Assembly (NCBI GenBank): GCA_965116495.1
Contig: OZ220696.1
Location: 2,624,001-2,688,000, forward strand
Reading direction: 5' to 3'
Source: Gammaproteobacteria bacterium
GTDB taxonomy: Bacteria; Pseudomonadota; Gammaproteobacteria; Eutrophobiales; Eutrophobiaceae
DNA: 64,000 nt
Shown here: in pieces, positions 40,085-50,835 of the stretch
Layout of the letters: each line of letters begins with the position of its first letter
Numbering within the stretch: the first letter of the stretch is position 1
Notes under the pieces: generated by a model
Databases searched by the model: none
Told to the model about the DNA's origin: nothing
What the model saw: the letters and a program-made list of their open reading frames with translations, nothing else
Program-made: the position numbers and the translations under genes

Positions 40085-41455
40085 ATGACCGACTCAACCA
40101 AATACCTGTTACAGGAAGCCGACATACCCACAGCCTGGTACAACATCGCCGCGGATTTACCCGAACCGCCGCCGCCGGTATTGCATCCCGGGACCGGTCA
40201 ACCCATCACGCCGGATGATCTCGCCCCGCTGTTTCCGATGGCCGTGGTTGAGCAGGAAGTCAGCAGCGAACGTTATATCGATATACCGGACCCGGTGAGG
40301 GATATTCTCAAGCAATGGCGGCCATCACCACTGTACCGGGCGCGCCGGCTGGAACAGGCCCTGGATACGCCTGCGCGGATTTATTACAAGTACGAGGGTG
40401 TGAGTCCGGCCGGGTCCCATAAGCCCAATACCGCGGTGGCCCAGGCATTTTACTCGAAACAGGAGGGAGTAAAGCGCATCACCACGGAAACGGGCGCCGG
40501 CCAGTGGGGGTCGGCGCTGGCATTGGCCGGTGCATTTTTTGACCTGGAGATTGAGGTGTATATGGTGAAGGTGAGCTTTAACCAGAAACCCTACCGGCGC
40601 GCCTTCATGGAAAGTTTCGGCGCCACCTGTATTGCCAGTCCCAGTGATACTACGCAAGCGGGCCGGGCCGTACTTGCGGAAAATCCCGACAGTACCGGCA
40701 GTCTCGGCATCGCCATCAGTGAGGCGGTGGAACGCGCGGTACAGCGGGACGATACCCGCTATGCCCTCGGCAGCGTGCTGAACCACGTCCTGCTGCACCA
40801 GACGGTCATCGGCCAGGAGACCATGAAACAACTGGATATGGCCGGCGACTATCCCGATATCATCGTCGGCTGTACCGGCGGAGGCAGTAATTTCGCCGGC
40901 ATCGCGTTTCCCTTCCTGGGAGAAAAACTGCGCGGCGGGCAGGACGTACATATCGTCGCGGTCGAACCGGCCAACTGCCCGACCCTGACCAAGGGTAAGT
41001 ACGCGTATGATTTCGGCGACACCGGACATCTCACCCCGCTGGTCAAGATGCATACGCTGGGCTCGAAATTTGTCCCACCTGGATTTCACGCAGGCGGCCT
41101 GCGTTATCACGGTATGGGACCGCTGGTAAGTCAGGTAGCCGAGCTTGGCCTGGTACACCCGCGTTCCTATCCGCAGTCTGCCTGTTTTGATGCGGGGGTG
41201 CAGTTTGCCAAGGCGGAGGGGATTCTCCCTGCGCCGGAAGCGAATCACGCAGTTGTCGCCGCTATCGAGGAAGCAGAAAAATGCAGGGAAGAGGGCGTCA
41301 GCAAGGCGATTTTATTCAACCTGTGCGGCCACGGGCATTTCGACATGCAGGCGTACATGGACTATTTTGCGGGCAAACTGTACGACCAGGAATATTCCGA
41401 GGAAGAACTCGCGATGGCCCTGGCCGGCCTGCCCTCGGTGGCAGCCGCCGCCTGA
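40085..41455 (+). CDS. trpB2: TrpB2-type PLP enzyme (tryptophan synthase beta-like)
   Basis: GSHKPNTA, ETGAGQWG, GGGSNF, HAGGLRYHG, LCGHGHFD. Confidence 0.93.
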   Translation: MTDSTKYLLQEADIPTAWYNIAADLPEPPPPVLHPGTGQPITPDDLAPLFPMAVVEQEVSSERYIDIPDPVRDILKQWRPSPLYRARRLEQALDTPARIYYKYEGVSPAGSHKPNTAVAQAFYSKQEGVKRITTETGAGQWGSALALAGAFFDLEIEVYMVKVSFNQKPYRRAFMESFGATCIASPSDTTQAGRAVLAENPDSTGSLGIAISEAVERAVQRDDTRYALGSVLNHVLLHQTVIGQETMKQLDMAGDYPDIIVGCTGGGSNFAGIAFPFLGEKLRGGQDVHIVAVEPANCPTLTKGKYAYDFGDTGHLTPLVKMHTLGSKFVPPGFHAGGLRYHGMGPLVSQVAELGLVHPRSYPQSACFDAGVQFAKAEGILPAPEANHAVVAAIEEAEKCREEGVSKAILFNLCGHGHFDMQAYMDYFAGKLYDQEYSEEELAMALAGLPSVAAAA

Positions 41456-41456
41456 A

Positions 41457-42293
41457 GTGAATACAACCTCTTCTGCCGAACGACAATCCGGACACGATAT
41501 CGTCATTGTCGGCGGCGGGGTTGCCGGCATCCACCTGGCAACAAAACTGGGACGGGCTTTTCGTTCTGACCCGGATGTTTCGGTCAGGCTCGTCGATGCT
41601 GCGCTGACCCACGTCTGGAAACCTTCACTGCATGAATTTGCGGCAGGTTCCCGCGGCATCGGAGATGACGAGGTCAGTTTCCTGTCGCACTCGGTGAGGA
41701 ATAACTACGAATTCCGTCTCGGGCACCTCGCCGGGGTGGACACTGAAAAGCAAGCTGTCACACTCAACGCCGTCACTGATAACGCCGGAAAACCCATCGC
41801 TCCGAGACGCACTTTGGCTTACGACACACTCGTTCTGGCCATCGGCAGCGTCTGCTCCGATATGGGTGTGCCGGGCGTCGCTGAAAACTGTCTGTTCCTG
41901 GACAATCGAAGGCAGGCGCAAAGTCTGCACCGCGAACTACTGAACCTCTGTTTGCGCTATGACAGCGGTGCGTTGCCGGACGGCGTTAATTCAATCGATA
42001 TCGCCATAGTAGGAGGCGGCGCCACAGGCGTGGAGCTGGCGGCCGAATTGCGCGAGGCAACGCATAGCGGGCTCGACACTCTGGTACCCTCCGGGCGTGT
42101 CCACATCAGCGTTATCGAAGCAAGCGACCGGCTGGTGCCGGGTTTGCCGGAACGTCTGTCGAACGCGGTGCGGCGCGAGCTTGAGAAGCTCGATATCAAC
42201 GTGTTATTGAACAGCAGCGTAACCGGTGTAACTCAACAAAGTATCATGCTGAATGATGACCGGAACATCGATGCGCATTTTAGGCAAGAGTAA
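41457..42293 (+). pseudogene. type II NADH dehydrogenase-like FAD oxidoreductase, 3'-truncated
   Basis: IVIVGGGVAG, HVWKPSLHE, IVGGGATGVELAAEL; ends before the WAAG motif and C-terminal domain. Confidence 0.8.
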
Positions 42294-42449
42294 AACGACT
42301 TGTTACGGCATCTACCTGGGTGACCGGACGGCTCTCTGGGATGATATCCGGGTCATGCCGGTCATTGATCTTCTCAAGGAGCTTTGGGGTGGGGAGATTC
42401 TTCAGTAACTGAGTATGCCCTAGGTAACCAGTGAATCGCAGGTTAGCGG

Positions 42450-42740
42450 TCACCTCTCCTTCCAATAAATAGGTTTTCTTCGATTATGAGCAATGGCAAT
42501 AATCAGGATATGATCGTTTTCGATTGTGTATATTATTGAATAAGGAAAACGTGAGACCAGACTCCGATGAAAATTCCCCTGGATAGTTTGCCCGATTTCA
42601 GGGTGTGCTCGGATCCGGTCAATCGAACGCTGAATATCGTCGAGATAATCCATTCCGAGACCAGGGAATTGTTCTTCATAGAACAGCGCTGCTTCGGTCA
42701 TCTCTACTTCCGCAGGGAGTAGATACCGGTAGTTGATCAC
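42450..42740 (-). CDS. RelE/ParE-family toxin
   Basis: GLGMDYLDD, RFPYSIIY, IAIAHNRRKPIYW. Confidence 0.88.
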   Translation of the reverse strand: MINYRYLLPAEVEMTEAALFYEEQFPGLGMDYLDDIQRSIDRIRAHPEIGQTIQGNFHRSLVSRFPYSIIYTIENDHILIIAIAHNRRKPIYWKER

Positions 42741-42967
42741 TTGAGGCGTTGACGCGCTCGCTGCATTGCTTCGTGCCCCGGAACTACCTTGACTTTGCCC
42801 TGTTGGTAAGCTTTATAACGACGCTCCACTTCCTCAATCCATAATTTTTCTGAGGCTTCGTCATCCACATCATCCAAATCTTCAATCAAAGAACGAACTA
42901 GGTAAGCTTTTTCCTTTGTACTCAAGAAGTGAATTTCCTTTTCTATTCTTTCAATTTCAGTAGTCAT
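42737..42967 (-). CDS. addiction-module antitoxin component
   Basis: LSTKEKAYLV, WIEEVERRY; coupled to toxin. Confidence 0.85.
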   Translation of the reverse strand: MTTEIERIEKEIHFLSTKEKAYLVRSLIEDLDDVDDEASEKLWIEEVERRYKAYQQGKVKVVPGHEAMQRARQRLK

Positions 42968-43106
42968 GCTCCGATTATACCAACTTCTGTAGCAAAATAT
43001 TTCTGGAACTGTACATTACTAGCCTGCCTTATAACTATAAACGATCCTGGGATACTGCTTACGAGAGCATAACCTGTGGGAAATATGGGACAGTGCGAGA
43101 ATACGA

Positions 43107-44681
43107 TTGATGAATGACCACGACATAATGAAAGAGACACTTTTTGAACTCTCTGAAGATGCTCTCTACGTGGCAAACGGTGGGCATACTTTTACGCGTG
43201 AAGGTGTCATTGGGATTTGTGCGTCCCACCTCAGTGAAAAAAAGAGCAATCACTCGGATGACTATGAGTGCGCAGATAAGGATTTGATCTCCGAGATTCG
43301 GAAAAGTGAGATAGCAGTTTATGACAGGAAAAAGAGTCGCCTTGTAGAAGATGCTAATCAGGAGGAAGAGATCAGTCACGATTATGACGGACGCTTTGCC
43401 TGGGAATTACTCCAGAATGCAGATGACGTGATGGGTTCCACAGGGCGCCAACCTGCGGAATTGATCGGTACCAAGGGGTTGGGATTTAAATCTGTTCTGG
43501 AAATTACTGAAGAACCGGAAATCCAGTCGGATCCATTTAACTTCAGATTTTCTCCCTACGAGACACGGAGACTTTTGAAACGTGAGGGTATTCACCATGA
43601 CCCACCACGACTGACATTTCGCATTCCGCACTCCTGTGAACCGACAGGTAAGGTGTGCGAGTTACTTGATGTGGGCTACAGCACTGTCGTTCGGCTCCCG
43701 TTCCGGGATGAAGTAGCTCGGGAAAAAGCAAAAAAGGTACTGAAAAATCTTGACCCCTGCTTTCTTCTGCTCAGCCAGCAAATTGAAACTGTTCGCATAA
43801 TTCAAGATGGAGTAGAGCAGGTTTTCAGGATTCGGCGGGGTACTCAGGGGCTTTCTGAAGGGCGGGTTGTACTTGAGACTCCCAGCGGTCAAAAGGAATG
43901 GCAACGCTGGGTAACAACTCAAGACATTGATGAAACCAAACGTTTAACAGTTGCTGTTGCTATTCCTCTGAACGAGCACGGAGAAGCTGTTCTCCATACC
44001 AATGAATTACCTCTTCACGTCTTTTTCCCAACGGAAGAACAATCAGGCGTAAAAGCTCTGATTCACGCATCGTTTGACTTGCAACAAAATCGGAAGCATC
44101 TTCGCCAAGGAAATCATGACGAAGTAATACTGGTTCATTTCGGTGACTTATTAAAAAGAGTGATCCTTGATATACCCGCGCAAACAGTACTAAAAGTTTT
44201 CGGCACAATCGACCAGCCTGAGGAAGATGACGGGAAGCCAATAGAAAAAATCAAAAAGGCAATGTGGGAAAAAATGCGGACAACGCCTTTTGTACCTGTC
44301 TTGGGCGGTGAACGAGCATGTCCGCCAGACAGTACATGCTGGAAAGACAAACTCGGTCAAGTGCTGCGGGGGGACGAAAAGGAAATACAACAAGCAGCTC
44401 TGGTTACACCTGCTCTCTCCGATTTTTCCGACGTCTTGAAAAAGCTAGGGGCCTCAGAAATTAAGGATAGTCAATTCGTTCATCTCCTTCATTATTGTCA
44501 CAACGAAGCACTTGATGACTGTATTTCTTCATTTCATGTTTTGCTGGAAGGTGGTTTGACCAAGGTTCAGGAAGACAATGATGAAGAGACCCTGAACCTG
44601 CTCCGCCAAGTTCCTTGTTGGTGGACGGAAGATGGAGAAGCACGGCAACTTGACGCTATGAGTCCCGACGAATTGTGTTAA
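43107..44681 (+). CDS. sacsin-like GHKL ATPase N-terminal protein (probably truncated)
   Basis: FAWELLQNADD, IGTKGLGFKSV, FFPT, IHASFDLQQNRK. Confidence 0.75.
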   Translation: MMNDHDIMKETLFELSEDALYVANGGHTFTREGVIGICASHLSEKKSNHSDDYECADKDLISEIRKSEIAVYDRKKSRLVEDANQEEEISHDYDGRFAWELLQNADDVMGSTGRQPAELIGTKGLGFKSVLEITEEPEIQSDPFNFRFSPYETRRLLKREGIHHDPPRLTFRIPHSCEPTGKVCELLDVGYSTVVRLPFRDEVAREKAKKVLKNLDPCFLLLSQQIETVRIIQDGVEQVFRIRRGTQGLSEGRVVLETPSGQKEWQRWVTTQDIDETKRLTVAVAIPLNEHGEAVLHTNELPLHVFFPTEEQSGVKALIHASFDLQQNRKHLRQGNHDEVILVHFGDLLKRVILDIPAQTVLKVFGTIDQPEEDDGKPIEKIKKAMWEKMRTTPFVPVLGGERACPPDSTCWKDKLGQVLRGDEKEIQQAALVTPALSDFSDVLKKLGASEIKDSQFVHLLHYCHNEALDDCISSFHVLLEGGLTKVQEDNDEETLNLLRQVPCWWTEDGEARQLDAMSPDELC

Positions 44682-45760
44682 ATAAAGTGATGAATATCCA
44701 ATTGCCTAAAGAGGTGTTAATCAAGGCTGTCACAGGCTTGACATTAAAACTCTCCAAGAGCGGGCAGGCGTTAGGTAACTGTCCCGTCCTCTCATGGAAG
44801 GATGAAGAAACAGGACAAATATTGGTTGATACCGAAAATAAATGGCGTGCTCTTGCCCACGCATTAGCACATCGTCTGGACAGACAATACGCAAAGTATG
44901 TAAACGTTCTCGAAGTTTACTTATCAGATGACAGCGACGAAAGTGTTTATGCTCGCGCCCGCGACGCTGGTATTCCCGAAGAGGCGCTGCAAGAAGTGGA
45001 AAACAGTTTTTCATCGCTGCCCGAGACTGAGCCACCAGTAGAGAAAGGAGAGGTAGGAGGCGAAGCTACGGACGATATGGGCAATGGAAGCCCGGCATAT
45101 TCATCCAGACACGATGATGCTACAAGTCAGACCACGGTAAGCGGCAATAGCGGAACTGCAGAAACCGGGATCATTTCAGACTCCAGAGATAAGCCAAAAA
45201 AAGCACGTCAGCACTCAGCAAACGACGAAGGCAGAAAAAGTGACCCGCGTCCTGAAACCGGATTAGACGCTGAGAAATGGCTTGAAAACCGATTGCTCGA
45301 AATTTGGCCACAAAAAGTAAAGAAAGTACACGAAGGCAGGGATTTCACCATTTCATTTGATAGGAAAACGATACATATCGAGGCAAAACACGTCGAGACC
45401 CGGCCGGGAAGTATCCACTGGTCCCAGAGACAATATGATAGATGTAAAAAAGAGAAACCGAATTACTTTATTGCGCTACTGAGTCCAGGAGAGAACGATA
45501 ATAATCAATATGCCATACACTGGATTTGGAACCCATTAGAACGCCTGAAGAAATTGAATAGAAAAGTGACTTGGAGTGGAAAAAGCAAGCCGATGTCACT
45601 CCTGGAGGACAGTTGGGAAATAGAATCTACGAATCCTAAGACACTGGATGCGAAGAATTTCGATATTGAGATAGCGCTAGCCGCTGATGTGTTTGACTCT
45701 GACAATCAGGATGATGCCAACCTGGAGAAACTAAAGGGCAAGCTTAATACGGATGGATGA
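44675..45760 (+). CDS. C-terminal fragment with DUF3883-like PD-(D/E)xK domain
   Basis: GLDAEKW...GRDF...IHIEAK...WSQRQY. Confidence 0.55.
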   Translation: MLNKVMNIQLPKEVLIKAVTGLTLKLSKSGQALGNCPVLSWKDEETGQILVDTENKWRALAHALAHRLDRQYAKYVNVLEVYLSDDSDESVYARARDAGIPEEALQEVENSFSSLPETEPPVEKGEVGGEATDDMGNGSPAYSSRHDDATSQTTVSGNSGTAETGIISDSRDKPKKARQHSANDEGRKSDPRPETGLDAEKWLENRLLEIWPQKVKKVHEGRDFTISFDRKTIHIEAKHVETRPGSIHWSQRQYDRCKKEKPNYFIALLSPGENDNNQYAIHWIWNPLERLKKLNRKVTWSGKSKPMSLLEDSWEIESTNPKTLDAKNFDIEIALAADVFDSDNQDDANLEKLKGKLNTDG

Positions 45761-45812
45761 AAATCAAGGGTGGGCATTCGGGTTCCGTATCCCCTTGCTG
45801 CTCGTCAATACC

Positions 45813-46118
45813 TTACTGCAATTTTGTCCCTTGTAGTTCTGAAAGGAAATCTTTTTTGGCTGGCGCCGTATTCTCTCCGACTTGTGACTGGTTATATTGC
45901 TCTTGTTGACGTAACCAGCTTGCTGCACTCCCACCAAAAGTTTTGGAGAGTCGGTGGGCCATTTCTGAAGAAATATCGTTATGGCCGTTCAACAGCCGGG
46001 ACAGGGAATTACAGCTTACACCTAGAATTCGGGCAGCTTCCTCCACAGATATACCCCGCGGGTCAATACAAAGCTCCTTGATTACTTCGCCCGGATGAGG
46101 CGGATTTTTCATCGGCAT
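45813..46118 (-). CDS. higA: HigA-family antitoxin
   Basis: [29 protein letters not shown]. Confidence 0.9.
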   Translation of the reverse strand: MPMKNPPHPGEVIKELCIDPRGISVEEAARILGVSCNSLSRLLNGHNDISSEMAHRLSKTFGGSAASWLRQQEQYNQSQVGENTAPAKKDFLSELQGTKLQ

Positions 46119-46130
46119 AGCACCACCATT

Positions 46131-46196
46131 CTAATGATAATCAATCAAATCCACGTCCGTAACATTCTCATCAAAGCGAAATACAACCCGCCAGTT
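46131..46196 (-). pseudogene. HigB toxin C-terminal remnant
   Basis: NWRVVFRFDENVTDVDLIDYH* immediately upstream of higA. Confidence 0.75.
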
Positions 46197-46347
46197 ATTG
46201 GAGTCATTATACGAACTCATTGCGTTATTAGTTACCTGCGTATCCAATTCTTGGTTAGGAATTCCAGTATCTGTTAGGCTAAGACTATCTGGCTGATACT
46301 TTAAACAGATTGCAACCGAAATATTATTTTATTTCCAGTCGTCGCTG

Positions 46348-46935
46348 ATGGCCGACAATTTACAAAAATCTTCGGTAGAGCAAAGCTTCGCAGAGAACGA
46401 AAGTGCGCTGAAACGCTTTCTTGAGCGTTACTTCTACAGTACACATGATATTGAAGATATATTGCAAGACGCCTTTCTACAAACGTGGATCATCGAAAAA
46501 AAGCAAAAAATTCAAGCGCCTAAATCCTATCTGTTCAAAGTAGCCAGAAATATTGCCTTGAAGGAGTTGAAAAAAAAGTCCAGGCAAATTACTACCTATA
46601 TAGAGGAATTTAACCCCGAGGAACTCGTATGTAATGAAACTTTCATAGAAAATGAGGTTGATTTAAATGAAAGACTGATCCTTTTTGAGAAAGCACTCGC
46701 GACATTACCACCTCGTTGCAGAAATGTCTTTGTGCTACGGAAGGTATTTGGCCTCTCTCAAAAAGAAATTGCACGGCGCATGGATATCTCTGTAAGCACG
46801 GTAGAAAAGCATATTATCAACGGCATACAACGCTGTAACGCTTATATGAATACGCACGGCACTGACGATCTGTTTGGGTCGGCAAAGCGTAACAACCCTG
46901 AAAGTACGATGGACAGTGTGAAAGAAGCGAAATGA
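46348..46935 (+). CDS. ECF sigma factor (FecI-like)
   Basis: DIEDILQDAF, YLFKVARN, LPPRCRNVF, SQKEIA, TVEKHI. Confidence 0.92.
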   Translation: MADNLQKSSVEQSFAENESALKRFLERYFYSTHDIEDILQDAFLQTWIIEKKQKIQAPKSYLFKVARNIALKELKKKSRQITTYIEEFNPEELVCNETFIENEVDLNERLILFEKALATLPPRCRNVFVLRKVFGLSQKEIARRMDISVSTVEKHIINGIQRCNAYMNTHGTDDLFGSAKRNNPESTMDSVKEAK

Positions 46936-47990
46936 AAAATCTCGTTGAATTTCCGGACCACAAAACCATTGAAGCGGAGGCTGCCGCCTGGATTGCTCGA
47001 CTGGACCGTGGCGGGTTGTCTGAGGAAGAATGCGTTGCGGTACGCGATTGGATTGGTCGCAGCCCGGAGCACTATGCGACAATAAGCCGGTTTGCCGGTA
47101 TCTGGGACGATTTGGACGGCCTTGCTGAAATCCTGGACGAGATGAAACCGCATCCATCAATCCGGGAGGTCCACCGTGGACCACAACCCATAATTCGGTT
47201 TACAACGGCAAGAGTGGGGGTGGTTGCCTCGGTCATCATTGCAATCGTTATCGGCGTTCTTTTCAGCAACGGCGAGAATTTTCGGACGGTTACCACTCCT
47301 GCGTCATCATGGCACGCCGCTTACCTGACAGCTATAGGTGAGCGGCAAACTGTTACTCTTCGGGACGGTTCCCGGGTACTGTTGAATACGGATACAGTCA
47401 TCAATATCGATTTCGATGACCGACAGCGGAAGGTACGTCTGGTTAAAGGCGAAGCCCTGTTCGAAATCATCCATAACCAAACTCGTCCGTTCCTGGTCTA
47501 CGCGGGCATGAATGTTATTCGCGCGGTCGGCACGGCATTTGTCGTCAAACTGATAAAGGACGAAATCGAAGTGACCATACAGGAGGGACGGGTCGAACTC
47601 AAGTCAATTAAGGATGATACGCAAAACCGCGTGGGAAATGAATTGACCATCGCCTCTGCCGTGATCGATGCCGGTCAAACTGTGAAAGTCAATAAGGAAA
47701 TCCAGACCTTACAGGAAATTGAAACAGAAGAAATAGACCGGAAGCTGGCCTGGCGAAATGGATTAATCATTTTCAGTGGCGAACCGCTGGATCAGGTTAT
47801 TGAAGAAATAAGCCGCTATACTCCCGTCAAATTTGTCATTGCTGAACCTGACCTTAACATGCTTCGTATAGGCGGCCGCTTCAAAATCGGCGAAACCGAT
47901 GCCATGCTCGAAGTTCTGGATACAGGTTTTGGTGTCAACGTCAATCGGGTAAGCAATGACTTGATTTATCTAACTGCTGACTCCCAGTAG
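46932..47990 (+). CDS. FecR-family anti-sigma sensor
   Basis: EAAAWIARL, TM, LRDGSRVLLNTDT, AVGTAF, AWRNG. Confidence 0.92.
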   Translation: MKNLVEFPDHKTIEAEAAAWIARLDRGGLSEEECVAVRDWIGRSPEHYATISRFAGIWDDLDGLAEILDEMKPHPSIREVHRGPQPIIRFTTARVGVVASVIIAIVIGVLFSNGENFRTVTTPASSWHAAYLTAIGERQTVTLRDGSRVLLNTDTVINIDFDDRQRKVRLVKGEALFEIIHNQTRPFLVYAGMNVIRAVGTAFVVKLIKDEIEVTIQEGRVELKSIKDDTQNRVGNELTIASAVIDAGQTVKVNKEIQTLQEIETEEIDRKLAWRNGLIIFSGEPLDQVIEEISRYTPVKFVIAEPDLNMLRIGGRFKIGETDAMLEVLDTGFGVNVNRVSNDLIYLTADSQ

Positions 47991-48204
47991 TCAAACTATC
48001 GTAATTCGTCATGGACTGTACCGACCCTTATTATCGTAATATTCCTTTCAAAAGTTAGTGTTTCAATCTCACTCTTAGAAATCACAAAAAAATTAAAATT
48101 CCTATGGAGGAATTTCTGCTTTCATGTCTCTTAACATGTGGAGACGGCGAAAAAAGAATGATTGTTTTCATAAACCGGTCTCCCGAAAGAAGAGAAGGAC
48201 GTTA

Positions 48205-50724
48205 ATGGAAAGCAGAGCGTTGCGACGATTACTCGCAACGGTCTTCATTTCGGTTATTGTTATATGTGCCGCATCTACGCTGACAGCCGGTGAGCAGACA
48301 TTTTTGTTTAATGTGCCCAGGTCATCCGCTGATGTTGCGATTAACATCATTGCAGAACAGGCAGATGCGCAGGTCCTTTTCCCATTCGATAAAGTCAAGT
48401 CAATTGAAGCGAACGGCCTCCACGGCGAGTATACGCTGGTTGAGGCGCTGAGATTGGCCTTGGAAGGCACCGGATTGTCCGCCGACTTCACCGATAGTGG
48501 AGCCATCATGGTGACGTTCACTCCGGACCAGTCGAAACTGAACGAGGAGGGTACCGCACCCATGAAAAAAGAACGAAAATCGACTCTGTTGTCAAAAGCA
48601 GCATTATTCTTATTCGGTACCCTGACTTCTGAGGGAGCCATTTCACAGGATACTGTGACAGACCCGGAAGCTCTCGTGTTGGAAGAAGTGATAGTCACCG
48701 CCCAATTGCGTGAGCAGAATCTCCAGGACGTCCCGGTATCGGTAACGGCGTTCAGTGGCGAGGACTTGGAGGATTTCCGTCTGTTTTCTTTACAGGATAT
48801 AGCGCGTTTTACCCCGGGATTTACCGGTTCCAGCTTCAACAACTCAAACCCGATTTTTGCGGTGCGCGGCGCTAATAATACGTTCTCTCAGGCCGGGGCA
48901 AGCAAACCGGTGGGGGTATTTATTGATGAGGTATTCATCCCCAGGAACAGTGCCGCCAACTTTGATTTGTTCGACCTGGAGCAGGTTGCCGTCCTGCGTG
49001 GGCCACAGGGCACCTTATTTGGTAGAAACGTCACCGGCGGCGCCCTGCAAATCACGACGTCCAAACCCTCTCTGGAGAAACCGGAGTTAAAGCTGAAATT
49101 GGGTGGCGGAAACTTGGATTACATCGAAGCTGCCGGGTTGGGTAGTGTGCCTTTGTCTGATAATGCTGCTGGGAAAGTCTCTTTCAGCTACAAAAACAGG
49201 GAGGGTTACATCACGGACCGGTTTAACGGCCATGATTATAATGATATCGAGACCCTCAGCATTCGTGGTCAGTTGCTTTTTGAGGTATCGGATGAACTTG
49301 AAGTAATCGCCTCCGTTGATTACACCAAGGATGATACGAACAGCCGTGGTTACACCCTGGTTTCAAATTCGGCCGGGACGGATTTTTCCGATAACGACGG
49401 CGATATTGAGACCGCGGAACTGGATCTGCCACAGGATTTTGACCGGGAAATCTGGGGGGTGTCGTTACGCGCATATTGGGATTTGGCGCCGGGCACGGTG
49501 TCATCTATTACGGCATACAGGGAATCCGATGCAACGGAGTTCTACAGCCTGGGCGCAGGCGCTGTTGCCTTGCCGACTGTATCGACCCAATTTATTAAAA
49601 ATGAAATTGATGAACCGAAAATGTTCAGCCAGGAGTTGCGTTTTGTCAGCACCAAGGGGGACATATTCGATTATATTCTTGGCTTTTACTATTACACCGA
49701 GGATACGGATCGCGTCGTTGACGACCTGCTGCTTGGAATCAGCGGGTTTGTGACTTTTGTTGACCGCAGCTTTGATGTCAACGTCGACACGGAAAGTTAT
49801 GCTTTTTATGCTGATGCGACAATTCACCTTTTCGATACGGTCGATATAAGTTTCGGTGGTCGCTATACCAATGAAGATAAGGAAGTCACTGTCAACTTTA
49901 CAGACAAGCGCAGGGCTACAAATAATTTTCTGGTAGCGCCACAGGCTGATTTCGATGAGTTTACGACTCGAGTCGCCATTAACTGGGGTGCTACGGAAAA
50001 TATCAACCTGTTTGCCAGCCGTACTGAAGGGTTTACCGCCGGTGGCTTCAACACGGAGACGAATTCGGCAACGGCAATCAACCTTGGTTTCAACCCCGAA
50101 ACGATTACCGCTTACGAGGTAGGCGCAAAGACTCGCTGGCTTGACGACAGCCTGACTTTCAACATCACCGGTTTTATCCAGGATTTTGAAGATAAGCAGG
50201 AAGGTTTTTTCAATGTCGCCGAGCGGTTTTTCAGCATCTTTAATGCCTCGGAAGCGAGTATGGATGGCGTTGAAATTGAAGCTGTCTGGTATCCGACGGA
50301 TGGATTGGCGTTGAATTTCAGTTATTCCTGGCTTGAGACGGAGTATGAACGGTTTGTGATACCCGGGGGCGCCGATTTTACCGGGAACCGGTTACAGACC
50401 GCACCGGAAAATACGGTTTCTGCCGGGTTTAATTTTCGACATCCCATTAAAGATATGGGGAATTTATTGCTTAACGCCAGCTATGCATGGCAGGATGATT
50501 ACTTTACCGGCGCCAGTAACAGCCCGAATTTCCTGATTGACAGTTACGGCCTGGTTAATGCAAGTGTCGGCTTTGAAACCAGTGATGGGCGCTGGCGTAT
50601 CAAGCTCTGGGGCAACAATCTCTCGGATAAGGAATACGTATTGATTCGCGGGACCAGTGGCGCAATTGGCGAATACTATGGGGCGCCGATTACCTATGGC
50701 ACCACGCTGACATTCAATTACTGA
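48205..50724 (+). CDS. TonB-dependent receptor with N-terminal signalling (STN) domain
   Basis: Signal peptide, STN-like domain, LEEVIVTAQ TonB box, VLRGPQGTLFGRN, terminal aromatic residue. Confidence 0.93.
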   Translation: MESRALRRLLATVFISVIVICAASTLTAGEQTFLFNVPRSSADVAINIIAEQADAQVLFPFDKVKSIEANGLHGEYTLVEALRLALEGTGLSADFTDSGAIMVTFTPDQSKLNEEGTAPMKKERKSTLLSKAALFLFGTLTSEGAISQDTVTDPEALVLEEVIVTAQLREQNLQDVPVSVTAFSGEDLEDFRLFSLQDIARFTPGFTGSSFNNSNPIFAVRGANNTFSQAGASKPVGVFIDEVFIPRNSAANFDLFDLEQVAVLRGPQGTLFGRNVTGGALQITTSKPSLEKPELKLKLGGGNLDYIEAAGLGSVPLSDNAAGKVSFSYKNREGYITDRFNGHDYNDIETLSIRGQLLFEVSDELEVIASVDYTKDDTNSRGYTLVSNSAGTDFSDNDGDIETAELDLPQDFDREIWGVSLRAYWDLAPGTVSSITAYRESDATEFYSLGAGAVALPTVSTQFIKNEIDEPKMFSQELRFVSTKGDIFDYILGFYYYTEDTDRVVDDLLLGISGFVTFVDRSFDVNVDTESYAFYADATIHLFDTVDISFGGRYTNEDKEVTVNFTDKRRATNNFLVAPQADFDEFTTRVAINWGATENINLFASRTEGFTAGGFNTETNSATAINLGFNPETITAYEVGAKTRWLDDSLTFNITGFIQDFEDKQEGFFNVAERFFSIFNASEASMDGVEIEAVWYPTDGLALNFSYSWLETEYERFVIPGGADFTGNRLQTAPENTVSAGFNFRHPIKDMGNLLLNASYAWQDDYFTGASNSPNFLIDSYGLVNASVGFETSDGRWRIKLWGNNLSDKEYVLIRGTSGAIGEYYGAPITYGTTLTFNY

Positions 50725-50835
50725 GGTAGTGACAACGTACGCAACTGCTGTACTTTTATATCGGTAGAGGCAATTATTCCGGGATATTCTCTGTTCCGAT
50801 TCTATTTTTGTCTGTCATACCGGTAAACTTATGCC

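Noticed and set aside
41145-41456. N-terminal extension of the 382-aa ORF
   Set aside because: Overlaps trpB2 out of frame; homology begins at GTG 41457.
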